DNA of 64,000 nucleotides from Octopus sinensis (GCF_006345805.1 NC_042997.1:18104001-18168000), one strand, 5' to 3'. Positions 1 to 14,830 are shown, counted from the first letter of the stretch. Notes: generated from the sequence alone by a model not told the origin. Translations and numbers: made by a program.

Positions 1-544
1 TGTATGTACATTTTTCTATAGTTTCTTCTTTAATTCTTCAATCCTTCTGACCCTTACCTGTCTCTGTTCCTTCCACATGCTTGGTGCTCGGCCAAGCATG
101 ATCTTTCTTTCTTAGCATGACCGCCACTCGCACAACACCTTATTTTCCTGTCTCCTGACTTTCATATATGTTTGTTGCCATAAGGCTTCCACTTCACACA
201 ACAGCTCAACCCGACTTGTCCTTTTAGTCGAAAGACACCTGTTGTTATTCTTGTTTGTATTTGTAATCTTGTAACATTTTCTCCATTTTCTCGATCCTTG
301 TCCGTGTTGTTGCACATATTCACTTGCTTTCTAAGCCATTAGCTTTTTGGGGCCTACCAATTTTGAACAGTCTGAAGTGTAACAGGCCAAAACTGTAGTG
401 ATTATTGGAAGCTTGACTGATGAATAGATAGCCACAAATGTTCCGTCCTGGTTTTTCTATTCGTCTTTGTATCGTCCATTAGTCCGTATGTTTTTATTGT
501 CATCCGTTACGTTCTTACTCCGTTTTTCTGGATTTATACACTCA

Positions 545-581
<37 letters not shown>

Positions 582-964
582 GCACTCACACACGCACACA
601 CATACATATATTGAGAGAGGTAGTAATGCAGACACAATTAGGTTTGACATATATATATGTAAATACATATATACATGATACATATATAGATACACATAGA
701 CACATGTACATATATTCAGTACGATAAACACCTATACAGATATACACACACACACACGCACGCATACACATATATTTACTTAGAGCATAAAAATACAGAA
801 TACTAAGAAGAGATTATTCCTCAAGTAGTCAACAGTTTCACGTAACTCAGATTTACCTAATAATCTTAATGTTCATAATTTGCAGATGGAATGTGCAAAA
901 AAGGATTGGCTATGCAACCAGTAAAAGTTCACACGGACATATTACCATAAGTCTGGCTCTCTTC

Positions 965-1640
965 ACCAAGAGAATGTTGGCAAAAGCAGTCTAAATAGTA
1001 GTGCCAAAGAGTTGAAGGGAGAGAGGCAAAAAAACATAAAGCAGGGAAATGGAGGAGGATTTCTATAAAATAGGGGGTATTTAACAGAGGTAGAATAGAT
1101 GAAACGGAGAGACGAGGGGAGAAAGTAAAAGTTTGGTGAAAGGGAGCATCGCTGGTGATCGGTAATCTCGCTAAGCAGACTTAAAATCAATTTGGATGGT
1201 AGTTGATTGTACAGAGACACAGGAAGAGGTAAGCAATGATCGAAAGAAAGGGGTGGTAGTAGTGTAGGAGGTAGATATGCCGGGAAGGGGAGAATGGTAT
1301 AAAAAGAATGGAGAAAGAGGAAGCGACTAGCAAAAATAATAAGGGTTAAACAACGATTAGTGGAAATTATAAAGACTTTACGTAATGGGTAAATGTAGAA
1401 TAAAATTTGTGCTTACAGATCATGTCAGAGAATGTATTGAGGTATTGTAACGGTGAAGGATAGTGAGCAATTCCCTGCAACACAACTTACAAACATGGAG
1501 GTTGGTATTCTACAGAGAAGTCCCACGATCTACAGACCAGGATAAGGTGTAAAGAACATTCTGGGAAGTGAGGTGGTGTATGTATGAAGTTAGGGAAGTA
1601 GAGAGTTTAGTGGCTCAATTTAAGAACGAATTCATGTGAG
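965..1640 (-). mobile_element. Old CR1/L2-type LINE 3' remnant
   Basis: Minus-strand translation fragments such as SLYNQLPSKLI resemble the LWNxLP motif of the CR1/L2 ORF2 C-terminus; many stops. Confidence 0.4.
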
Positions 1641-1824
1641 TCCAGTTGGGATCTAGTCTGTTCGAATTGATTTCATATTCAGTGTAATGATACACTTTTA
1701 TTGGCTAATGAATGACGTGAAAATTATTTTTGCTATAAATCAATAAACAAAGAGTTATTAGCAATTAAAGTTTGAAAATTTTGGCAATTTTAGACAATCG
1801 TAAGCCACAGACACATTCATGCCT

Positions 1825-1838
1825 GTTTCCATAGTAAC
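1825..1838. promoter_or_regulatory. RFX X-box motif in a CpG-retaining promoter-like region (about 1.8-3.0 kb)
   Basis: GTTTCCATAGTAAC fits the X-box pattern GTHNYY-AT-RRNAAC. A minus-strand donor ACG|gtgagt at 2258 and a plus-strand donor GAG|gtaata near 2235 are nearby. Confidence 0.4.
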
Positions 1839-3136
1839 AAGCAGAACATGAGAACTCTTTTGTCTACGAGAAAGCACTTAACGACAAATACATTGAAACC
1901 ACTTATTTTACCTATCTGTTGACAATTAAGCATGTGAATTTATGTAGCGTAGGAGATATGAAAATTGTGATTTGTTCGAGAAATTGATTGAATGCATTTC
2001 TAACTTTCGTTTTCAATGAACTAGTCAACAAAATGTTTGTTTTATTCAATAATATTTAATTGGTAATGTGCTATTTTGTTTTTAGATAAATATAAGTTCG
2101 TGCTATCGTATTAAATGCATGTTGAATGCTTAAAACTACAAAAGATGTGTTGTTTACTCCTTTTTTTGTCAGCTCGAAAGATGGTACCCACACTCAACAA
2201 GTGGAGAGTACGTGCCCCCCCCCCTGTGAAGCGAGGTAATAACGCTGTGGCACTCACCGTTCTATGGATGATTTATATCTCCATGGATTTATGTAGTGCA
2301 GGAGATACGAAAATTGTGATTTGTTTGAGAAATTGATTGAATGTATTTCTAACTTTCGTTTTTAATTAAAAAAATATTTTGTAATGTGTTGCTTATTGCA
2401 TGCTTAAATGTGGTTTTTAAGCATATTTCGTTCACACTTTAACTTTCATATATAACAAATAGACATCTATATCTTTTAGAACATTGTTATTTTATAAGAT
2501 TTTGCTAGCAAATTTTTTAATTAACATAAACATTTATTTACACGAAAGAAAATTATTGGAGAACTATCATCTAATTCTTCCAAGTCTTTCTGTTAAAATT
2601 GTATTAAACCAAACCATTTGTGGGGAGCGCTAAATAACGTTTCTTGGATAAAGTTCGGGCTATCGCATTAAATGCATATTGAATGCTACAAACTACAAAA
2701 CGTCTTGTTCACAAATATTGACAACACGTGCTTTCAGGATGTTGAAGACAAATTATGCAGTCACGCACAAAATGACAACTTCCAAATCCTGTTTCCTGAC
2801 TGGGTGAAAATGATCAAACTTTAAACCCCTATAACGTTTTCAAAACATTTTTCTAGGAAAAGTGAAGTAACTCCAGCAATTCAGCTTGGGAAAGTATATT
2901 ACTGCGCCAAACTTTAAAATGTTCGATAAACTTCGATTTTTGAAATGCTGGCAACCAAACGAACTAGATCCCCCAGTTGCAGTGCTTGAAATCAACAGGG
3001 CATATACATACAAACACACATACGCACATACATACAAATATACATACATACATACATAAATACATACATACATACATACATATGTATATATGTGTATATA
3101 TGTATGTATGTATCTATCTATCTATCTATCTATCGA

Positions 3137-3181
<45 letters not shown>

Positions 3182-5649
3182 ATTTGTGTATGTATTAATG
3201 TTTGTTTTTCTGTGAAGTTATATATAAAAACATTAAATCTATTTATTTATGCATATATACATACATATAGATATTTATGTATCTGTATAACTTATATATA
3301 TATATATATATATGTGGTTATATGTGCACACACACACACACATATATATATGTATGTGTAGTATGTGTAAATCAGACAGACACACACACACACATACACA
3401 CACACACACACACATTTATGTATATATAAATCTTTACTGTTCAGTATACTATTATTCTTTGATTGCTCTTTCTCTATTAACAGATTTCTTTGTAAAAATA
3501 ATCAAATCTTCAAATTACCATAAATTGAATAATTTTGATAGCAACCATCTTTTTTTTCTCCTTTGATAGGTGTCTCCATGTTTCTCTGGAGGGTAATGGT
3601 AAAACATTTCATGCTTAATTCAATCAAAGTATGAACCAATATTTATGATAATATCTAATATAAAGAAAATCTTCGAAGTCCATAAATGATGAAAATAAAA
3701 CTAGCAGTAGTTTTGCCTGTCTTAATAACTGTAAGCAATAGAGATATCAAACAACAGCTGCTTGATATTATATAGCTGTTTTTTTTCTTCTTTGCTTAAT
3801 AATGCTTCTATATATTTATGAACAACCATTGTATTTCTTTAAAAGATATTGGAAGAGATATTAATGGGAACAAGTAGTAAGTGATTATTTGCTGGTATTG
3901 AGACCATCTCCCTATAGGTCATGGGTATAAATTTTGTCTACAGTATAAGGTTTTGTGTTTGTTTACAAGTTTTGTGTTCTTTTGTCAACTATATCCTGTC
4001 TAGATAGAAAGTGGATGCCAATTCTGTGAGAATATGTAGTGGATACTCTTAGTAATGGTATTCAGTTACCATGAAACATCTGTTCCATTTCATACTAGAT
4101 TGCAGAAGAAAAAAAGACTACAAACAAAACTATAAAACACATAAGTAGTTAGGATTGATTGAATTATTAACCTCATTTTATTCTGTTTTTACATATGTAG
4201 CATTTTAGTTAATGGCCTGATCAATCACTCTTGTAATAATTCACCCTGTGAGTATAAAAATATAACCAGGAAACAAGAAAAATAATGTTGAAGAAAGTGT
4301 ATCGTATTCTATACACGCTTGATTGTGAAAAGAAGTTTTGAAATGTGAAAGCATAGTTGTATTATTGTAGAAGTACTTCAATGTAAAGTGATCACATTTT
4401 GATCTCTTTATATTGCTGGAGTATAATGCTAAGCACAAACAGACAAGAAAGAAAATTATCAAAACTACATGAATTATAAATTCATTTCATGTTATCATAT
4501 TTAATCTTACAGTAAAGAAATATTTTAGGCTCAGATTAAAGAGAATATAATATCAGTAATTATATGATCATCATTTTAGCCCTTGCTTGATTTGCATGAG
4601 CTGGGATGTAGCTGAAGAATAGAAGAATATAAGGGAAACAAAAAAAAAATAGAAGTGATCACTGAGATTATAATGAAAGCTATATAAATTAGTAATTTAG
4701 TCCTATGATTCTAGTAAAACTAAAAATTAATTAACATACCGAAATCACTTGTAATCTAAATTTAGATTATGAATGAATTTTTGTTTCACACTTTACAATT
4801 TTCTCCAACTAAGCTACAAGTATTATTACAGTTCTTTTTGCCTGTTAAATTTCTGGTATTATGTTTCTGCAAAATGTAATGTGGGCAATATTTTAAGTAT
4901 GCATTATATCTTCAGCACATACTTTCATTTTCCAATGGGCTTGAATTGTTACAGTTGTTTGGATCAAAGCATCTCTAATTGAGTCATCCAGGTGAGTCTA
5001 GTCCATTTCAGTTCCAAGTTGAAGCCAATAAACTTCATAAACCTATTGCCCCCTACATATATATAAATCTTCAGTTTTAATAAGTAATCAGTTGATCCAC
5101 TTACTATTCAAATAGTTTTACCAAATTAGGATTATTCATCATCGTTGTTGTCATCATCATAATTTAATGTTCATAAAGGCTGATAAATTATTATATCCTG
5201 GTATTCAGGAGCATTGGGTAAGCTCAATATTTTCTATAGCAATGTATTTTAATGTCTCAGTGTCGTGATATTTGTTGTCTCTTGCACTCAAAATTATCAA
5301 TGAAATACTTGGTAGATTATTAATTTTAAAATGTACTGTGTTAATTTTCTGTTACCAAAAGCATACAATTGAGATCAATAATGGTTATTCTGGGTTGGGA
5401 ATGGTATCAGTCTGAGCTGGATTAAACTATTAATATAAACATGTGCTCAGGGTACAAATGAAAACAGTATTTATTTTTCCACTGATGCAATTATTATGGC
5501 AATTAGTAAATTATAACAATTTTACTTATGAATTAATAAAAATTTGGAAAAATTAACATTTTTCTCCTGTTGTTCTTGTTGTAAGTAAATAATGTATCTC
5601 TGATGCTTACTGTTATTTAATGTTAGATAATCAAAATTGAACAAACAGG

Positions 5650-5686
5650 TTATTGGGCATTGTTAGCCATGAAGATATGGGTGAAC
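5650..5686 (-). CDS. Last coding exon of a PH-domain protein gene ((W)FTHIFMANNAQ*)
   Basis: Strong acceptor ttgttttcttccag|G. The first G completes the TGG split from exon 7280-7391, giving the PH C-terminal helix ...EEDKDIWFTHIFMA then TAA. AATAAA on the minus strand near 5470. Confidence 0.65.
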
Positions 5687-7279
5687 CTGGAAGAAAACAA
5701 TTTTTAATGTATTACTTCACATTCAATATTAATTATGCCTTTACAACTTATCAGTCACACAATGACTTGAGGAGAAAGAGTAAAACTGTTGGGCTGTGCC
5801 TGAGGCATCACTTGGCCTTAATCTGGCTTTGATGTTTGTGAAGTTGAGCCTGATGATGCCAACAGTGTAAAAATGCTGGTGATGGCAATGAATGCATTTG
5901 AAGTAGTTGAAGAGGTGATGCTGATGTTGTTTAGCCTGAGGCACTTCTGGTTAGACAGATATATAATAGATAGTCTAGCAAGGTGGCAAAATTCACTGAT
6001 GTCTTGTTTAAGAGGTATCATGCTTTTCTACTTAGCTGGGTACTATAATGTGCTACATTGACAAGCAGTAGGCTTGTGGAAGTTCAAGTACATGAGAGAT
6101 GGATATTATTGGTGAAAATTAATAAGGTAATGGTTGTGATAATATTGTGGTAGTGATGAAAATGATGAGGAGGAGGATGAGATGGCTGATGATAATGACG
6201 ATGACACTGATGATGTAACAGTGTGACATTATAGTAGTGAATATAAATATTGATATTTGTGGTTGTGATAATGATGAATGATAATGATGCAGTGTGACTT
6301 TGTACTAATGACTATAATCATTGTCTTTGTGCTGGTGATGATGATGGCCACAACAGCAATGACGATGATGATTATGTGGTGGTGGTAGTGGTGATGAAGT
6401 GTAACTTTGTGATAGGGACTGTAATTATTCATGTTCTGGGGAGTTGTAGTGATGAAAGAGTGGAGTGTGTCTTCATAGTAGTGACTCTAATCATTAGTTG
6501 TGATGATGAGGATATGGTGGAGGTGCAATAAAAGGTAAATCCATCTCCACACAAGTTTCCTTAATCTCACTCTATTCCATAATAAATTCCTGAAAATTAA
6601 CATTTATGTATTGCCAGCTTATAATAAGATACAAGTTATGAGCAATACCAACGCATGTTACATTTGCATTTGACAGCCAACAGAACTTGCTTCAAATAAA
6701 CACTTGGTTGTTGTTGTTGCTGTTGTTGTTATTGTTGCTGTTGTTGTTGTCATGAAATAATTGCATTTTATTAGACAGCTCTATTCATTAGCTTTATTAA
6801 ACTGAACAAGTTTCTATAGCTAAGTAACCTCCCAAGTAGTCTCCAGCTGATAGCAAATGACACATGAAATATGAGCTCCAAAAGCCATCACCAGTTATAT
6901 GAATCAAGCATGCAACCAATTCTTTAGTGGAATACTCATGAAATGATATTTCACTTTGATTGGTGTACCTACTGAAATAATTTTATAGTTACTATTTTTG
7001 TTTTCATTTTAGTTTTTACATTTTCCTTTACAATTAAACATTTTCCCATAAAATTTGAGATAGTGCTTTGTTTAGTCTCAGGCCAATCATGATCAAACAG
7101 GATTACATGTGTTCCATCCATGACCACCCCTGTTCATAATATTATCTAGAATTATATATTCTAATATGATTTTCTTTATTTAAATTAATTAATTATTCAT
7201 GGCAACACCTGTAGTATGATGCTAGGTGAAGCTGTTTAACAACACAGCAGAAACATCACAGTGTTTTAACAAATGTTAC

Positions 7280-7391
7280 CATATATCTTTGTCTTCTTCA
7301 TTTTCTGCTGTGAACAGAAAAGTATGTGTCTTCCTAACTGGTCTCAAATCTTCTTTGATTCTCATCACATCTACATTACAATTTTGTCCAC
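7280..7391 (-). CDS. Internal coding exon, PH domain last strand and helix (GQNCNVDVMRIKEDLRPVRKTHTFLFTAENEEDKDI-W)
   Basis: 112 nt open frame, ccatag|GT acceptor, TG|gtaaca donor, phase 1 to 2. HTFLFTAENEEDKDIW matches the PH pattern xFxAxxxEExxxW. An in-frame alternative acceptor at 7397 is possible. Confidence 0.75.
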
Positions 7392-7409
7392 CTATGGCTA
7401 ATAGCTAAA

Positions 7410-7640
7410 TTTTCTTTACTGCCCACAAGGGGCTACACACAGAGGGGGCAAACAAAGACAGACAAATGGATTAAGTCGAGTATATCGACCCCAGTGCATA
7501 ACTGGTACTTATTTAATCGATCCCGAAAAGATGAAAGGCAAAGTCGACCTCGGCGGAATTTGAACTCAGAACGTAATGGCAGACGAAATACTGCTAAGCA
7601 TTTCGCCCGGCGTGCTAACGATTCTGTGAGCTCACCACCT
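7410..7640 (-). mobile_element. tRNA-derived SINE, family B (Meta-like central domain)
   Basis: Reverse complement gives head ggtgagctcacagaatcgttagcacgccgggcg, B-box-like gagttcaaattcc and body gtcgactttgcctttcatc. Same family at 32757-33125. Confidence 0.75.
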
Positions 7641-8299
7641 TTGATATGGCTAATTGCTATATCATCATCACTGCTACCATCATCATCAGTATTACACTGT
7701 TATTACTTTACATGTGATTTTCTATTCTATCAATGGTTGGATAGGGTTTCTAAGGTTGTGTTTTACTGCTGGATGCTTTTGTCCCTGCTATTCCTTTTAA
7801 TTACTGCTCACAGTATGTAAAAACATGGTGTAGAGTTACTAGATGTAGTAATTTTTTGCTTAAAAGCACACACAATATGAGAGAGACTGGATAGCTATTT
7901 CTCACTGGTTGAGTGATGACACAGATATTCTCTCATTAACTTGGGCAGTAATGCCTTGTATAGATAGATATTTTGGGTCTCTGTCATTCACTGATGAAGA
8001 TTCATTTGTTTGGACTCAGTTACTTGCTCCTGAATTAACATACAGATGGCTGAGCATTCTACAGTTACTTGTACCTTTAATGTAATTCTCAGACAGAATC
8101 AGTATGCTACAGTGAATACAGTGTGTAACAAGGCCCTACCAGCTGAATTACAAATGTAATCCACCTACAGTTTCTGTGAACCAAATTTCACAGACATTAT
8201 GTGGTTAGAAAAAATCATTTGTTCATACCGTGCCTAAGCATATAGATATATGCTCTCCTTAAAATAATAGACAAAATGTACATCAGTTAAATTCATCAT

Positions 8300-8660
8300 C
8301 ATCGTCATCATCATTGTTTAGTGTCCGGTTTTCCATGTTGACATGGGTTGGACGGTTTGATATAAAGCTGGCTGGCTTGGGAGCTGGCCAAACTCCAATT
8401 GTCTATTGTGACGTGGTTGCTATGGCTGGATGCCCTTTCTAACACCAACCACTTAACAGAGTGTGCTGGGTGCTTTTTATGTGCCATCAGCATGGATGTG
8501 CCTAAGCTGCACCAGCACGTGTGCTTTTTATGTGGCACTGGCACCTGAAAGGAGAAGCCTGTATGTATGGAAGACAGCAACTTTTCTTAGCTTGATGCAT
8601 CTTTTCAAGTACAGCAAATTGTCACATCTCCTGGTCCCTTGTCATTTCCTCAGAGAGGGC
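8300..8660 (-). mobile_element. Degraded SINE, family C (V-domain-like, RTE-like (GAT)n tail)
   Basis: catcatcat tail followed by ggatgccctttctaacaccaaccac; same family as 23946-24246. Confidence 0.6.
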
Positions 8661-8834
8661 CAGTGTCCAAGTCAAGAAAAAAATCCATGTATTTAATGAG
8701 ATTTGCAGATAACTGTAGCTTCATTATATAGTATTTAGGTATGGTGAGTCAGATTGTCTTAAGCCTTGTTGAGAAATGCAATGACACATGGTTGTGAGAT
8801 ATGGTGTTTGAATGCAGAGAACTTGAGAAAAAAT

Positions 8835-9172
8835 GAATTGACCCCCAGTACTCTTTAATTTTTTTAAAGCCTGGTACTTATTCAATCGATCTTGTTTGCT
8901 GAACTACTAAGTTACAGGGATGTAAACAGACTAACTCTGGTTGTCAAGTGGTAGTGGGGAGGTCAAACACAGACACAAAGACACACGTGCATACATAGAT
9001 ATATACATGTGTATACAATGGGTTTCTTTCAGTTTCCATCTACCAAAATTCACTCACAAGGCTTTGGTCGACACAAGAGTAGAAGACACTTGCTCAAGGT
9101 GACACACAGTGGGACTGAACCTGGAACCATGTGGTTGGAAAGCAGGCTTCTTACCACACAGCCATGCCTGTG
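8835..9172 (-). mobile_element. Degraded tRNA/CORE SINE, family A
   Basis: Contains agaagacacttgctcaagg...gggactgaacctggaaccatgtgg, homologous to 35520-35918. Confidence 0.7.
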
Positions 9173-11717
9173 CCTATATATATATATAAGTACAACTGGA
9201 CCCCATCCAATTTACCCCTTGAGACATTTCCACCACCCATCATCTCTCAAAGTGTAGTATTCTGCCACTGTAATTAAATGTGACTAGAACTGCATACTAC
9301 AGTAGCTTTCCTTTATACCACTTATCCTATTTACTGCCTAGAATAATTTTACTCAATAACCCTCTTTCCTTCTAAATACCTACCTTTTATATTGATTGCC
9401 CTCAATCACACATAATCTCTCTTTCCCTCCTTTTCTCTCATCCTTTCTCATTTTTCTCTTGTCTGCTGTACCATTATCACTATTCTGCATTGTTACTCAT
9501 TTCTTAGTTCCAACCATTTCCCCAATTCACAAATATATATATAATTGGTTGCTTCCACCTCTTATCTGCCATTCACTACATCCATCTTTCAACCCCACCA
9601 AATTTTTACAATTGTCACCTACTCTTCTGCTACCCTTCCCCTACTTATCACCCTTCAACACTTGTTCTGCTTATATTCACTTCATCACCCATTCTTCATC
9701 TCTAACCACCAGTCTTTCCCATACATTCTTGCAATCTCTATTCACTTGCACTCCCTATTTTTCATATTCTCACTCACTTCTGTTCACCTTATACCTTGAA
9801 GCTTCACCTTGACACCTCATCCACAATTTAAAAATTTTCCAGCTACACTTGGTCACCTCCACCTTTCCTTCTGTAATGTTTGTAGCCATATAGTTCCACT
9901 ACAACAAGTATCATGTTCAGTTCTCTCTGTTCTCCTTTACTTATACTTTAATTCCGCATTTAGCATAAGGCCATCTCTTTAACTACTACAGCTCCACTTA
10001 GTCAAAGGGCATCGATTTTACCCAGCTGCACTAGAGCTGTTGCCATGAAAAGAGCACTCAGTGCATGCTGTAAATTGTTTGGTGAGAGGAAGGGTATCCA
10101 GCTATAGAAACCACATCAAAGCAGATAATGGAGCAAGATGCAGTCTTCAGACTTGTCAGATCCTGTTAAATCATCCTACTTCTGCCAGCTTGGAACGTGG
10201 ACAATTCATGATAAAGATGATGATGACGATGTATAGAACACTGTTACATGTGATTGGTGAAAATAAGGGAGAATCTGAAAACTTACATCACTATATTTAT
10301 GTAATATATCTGTACATCTATATGTGTGGACACACACGTATATGTACAGGGATACAAAGATTACATTCACACACTCATGTATAAAAATATGAATGTATAT
10401 ATGCATAAATGCCACCACAACAAACTGGAAATAAGGAATTTCAGGCTAACAGCAGTGATCCCCCAGCTTCAAACGAATTAATAAGGTCTATGATATATAG
10501 GGAGTAATTGTTTTAGTAAGTACATTCAAACACTTGTAGACACATGCAAATATATGTAACACACACACACACACACACCACACACACACACACACACACA
10601 TACACACACACACACATACATGGGCAGATAGATAGATAAATAGATAGATAGCTTGATAGATACACAGAAAAATCATGTAAATAAAATGAGTAAAATTAGA
10701 AGGCATGTACGAAACAGAGAAATAATAAATGAAGGCAGACAAGCAAAACACATGACTGAGAAGTACACAGAAAGATGTGGGTGGGAGACAAGGGGAAACA
10801 GGGAAAACAAATGTGATAGTGAAAGACATGGAAGTGAATTTAAAGTCTTGGAGGAGTGTAAAACCGAGGCCTATCATGTGAGACATTGTAAATTTGATAT
10901 CACTTAGTTTCCTTTCCTTCTTACATCTCCTTTTCTTTTAATTTTCTTTGATATAAAGTATAACCTAAAACCTGTAGACTCTGTTGTCAAAGTTAAGCTG
11001 ATGTTTGGAGTATAGCACCTTTGATGGAACTATATTAATTAGGATCATTTAAAGCTAAAAGTTTGTATCATAGAACTAGTGTCAACTCAGGCAGGGTGAT
11101 ATCAAAAAGGTTTTAAGCCAAGTGATAGATTCAGTTTAAAACCAGGGAATAGAAACAATCCCACCAATGAGCATCCACACAGGCTCTGCCAATCAAATTT
11201 CACTCCCAGGCCATTGGTCAATCTGAAGTCAAGGTAAAAAAAAAAATCCTTGCCTTAGATACCATGCAGTGGGATTGAATCAGAAACCACATAGATGTAA
11301 AGTAAAAGCCTTAACCATAAAGCCATAAAAATTAATTTCTGCCTCAGAAGTTTATTCTAAAGCATCCAAAATATATTTTAACAATAATAGGCATTAGAAA
11401 AGCTGTAAAAAACACAAAAAATATCTCACCAAAATATTCTGTTGAAAGTTTATGAGTAAGGTAAAAATATCAATAGAAATTACCCAAACATATTTTACAT
11501 TTACTAATATTAATATTTTAGATGTCATAAAACGGAATACTGGAAATAGATAAAGAAAAAAATAAAGTTTAAAATAAAGAGTAATCAGAAATTAACTGAA
11601 GTAAAATATATGGTAAAATGTATCTTTTTGATGTATTTACTCACTACATATCATATGTTGTCTTATAACCTGAATAGAAAGCAATAGTACACCTCTTCCA
11701 TGCATCCACCCACTCAC

Positions 11718-11823
11718 TGTCTTGCTCTCCAATTTTATTTTTACGAGTTTCATCTCTTGGTTTGGAAAATGTCCAATTTTTCTTGATTCTATTACTGTTA
11801 TTCAATTCAGGCAAGGAATCTAT
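11718..11823 (-). CDS. Internal coding exon of the same gene (IDSLPELNNSNRIKKNWTFSKPRDETRKNKIGEQD)
   Basis: Non-repetitive open frame ending in the donor GACA|gtgagt (phase 1, matching the next exon). The acceptor is cag|ATA or a nearby AG, so the 5' boundary is uncertain. Confidence 0.6.
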
Positions 11824-13329
11824 CTGTGCTGGTTGATTGACATGGCGGTCGGTGAAGAGAAGTAGATACATGGGTGGGGTTGGATAGATACTGGTAGATA
11901 TGTTCAATGAAAGATAGATAGCTATATAAATATATAGACAGACAAATATGTACGTAGGAAGACATTCATACAGGCAGATACATTAGATGCATAAATATAG
12001 TTAGGAAGAAAGTTTGACAGTAGCGAGAAAGAGAGATGATAAGGTAAATAAATGCATACACACATAGACATAAAAAGCAGGTAGATATAAAGATAGACAG
12101 ATGAATGTTATGGCTTTCAGTCTGTAATAAGGTAGAACAAAAGCAAATACATATGTCTATAAAATTAGGTAGTGGTAATTGATTGAGTATAAGGACAAAT
12201 GTATGAAAGCTACACAGCTGTACAAAGAAAACAAAGTTTATATTAGACAATGAAAAAAGAAATAGTTCTTGTTTTCCAGAATATTCTTATTAAGAAGGAA
12301 AATATAAGTAACATAGAATACAGGTTAACTTAGATTAACATTGAACAAAATAATATTAAATAAAATGTTGTCACTGTTAGGAGATATATAGAATGTAAAA
12401 AGATAATAAATTAAGATTATGTAAAAAAATTGAAAAGAAAACAGACTTTTAAAAATGCTAATTTAAAAGTCAGTGCAACTGAGTTTCTCTATTTGACCTC
12501 CAACTTTAATCTATAATTTAGTGATACCTTTTTAATTGTAAATGAATATCACAACCTTATTTTAAGGATGAAGATTTAATTCTATTTCTGAAGATAAGCA
12601 TACTTTTGATATGTTACATTTTACAGCAGACTCATTAGAGTATTGAACAAAATGTCTTGTATTATTTGTTCTGGCTTTATATATTCCAAGTCCAGATCCT
12701 GCTCAGTTGAACATTGCTAACTGTTCCTTTAGGATTTAATAAATTAATGTACTTGTCAAATACTGATGAAATTGATTGTTCCCTACCTAGAAATGTTTGG
12801 CCTTGTACTTATGTAAGAATTATCACCATAACACTTGAAACAACTGGCATAGTTAATTTAGCAGACTATCCTTTAATGTTTATTTAAAAGTTGATCTACT
12901 ACATCTAAATCAATGCAAATTCTATTTGATTCCACTTCATATTTTGAGAAAAGTGAGTTTTGGAAGTTGAGCACTTCTTGACATGTCTGTATATTCTGTA
13001 GCAGTATGGCAGTCTATATCTAAACTACCATTAACGAAACAATGAGTGGGAAAAAATATCCAGCAATGCCTGCTGCATAATACATTAAGAACATTAACAA
13101 ACATGAGGGAGTCTTTATTTGGTCATTCAACTTGCTATAAAATACAAGATCTTTTTCCCATTACACCCTGTCATCTTACTGAAAAGAACAAACTAATATA
13201 TTCCTGGATACATTGTTTCCAAAGAAAAGACAGGATGGTCATGTTTGAAGTGGTTTTGATTATAGGTTTATTTGATCAGAATTGGTTTTAAACTAAATAA
13301 CAAGGACAACAATTTTATCAAAAGATTTC

Positions 13330-14830
<1,501 letters not shown>

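Noticed and set aside
885-950. Possible plus-strand terminal exon DGMCKKGLAMQPVKVHTDILP*
   Set aside because: Only an acceptor supports it; no recognisable family or partner exon.
4070-4094. 25-nt minus-strand exon candidate with good splice sites
   Set aside because: Downstream of the PH gene stop and not chainable to other exons.
4923-5042. Minus-strand frame VYEVYWLQLGTEMD*THLDDSIRDALIQTTVTIQAHWKMK with one TAG, tempting as an ADAR amber-to-Trp recoding site or IQ motif
   Set aside because: It lies downstream of the better-supported terminal exon, has a poor acceptor, no evident pairing partner for editing, and overlaps a competing plus-strand exon candidate.
5741-6061. Overlapping ORFs on both strands
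   Set aside because: Reads like a decayed LINE-derived repeat; no consistent spliced frame.
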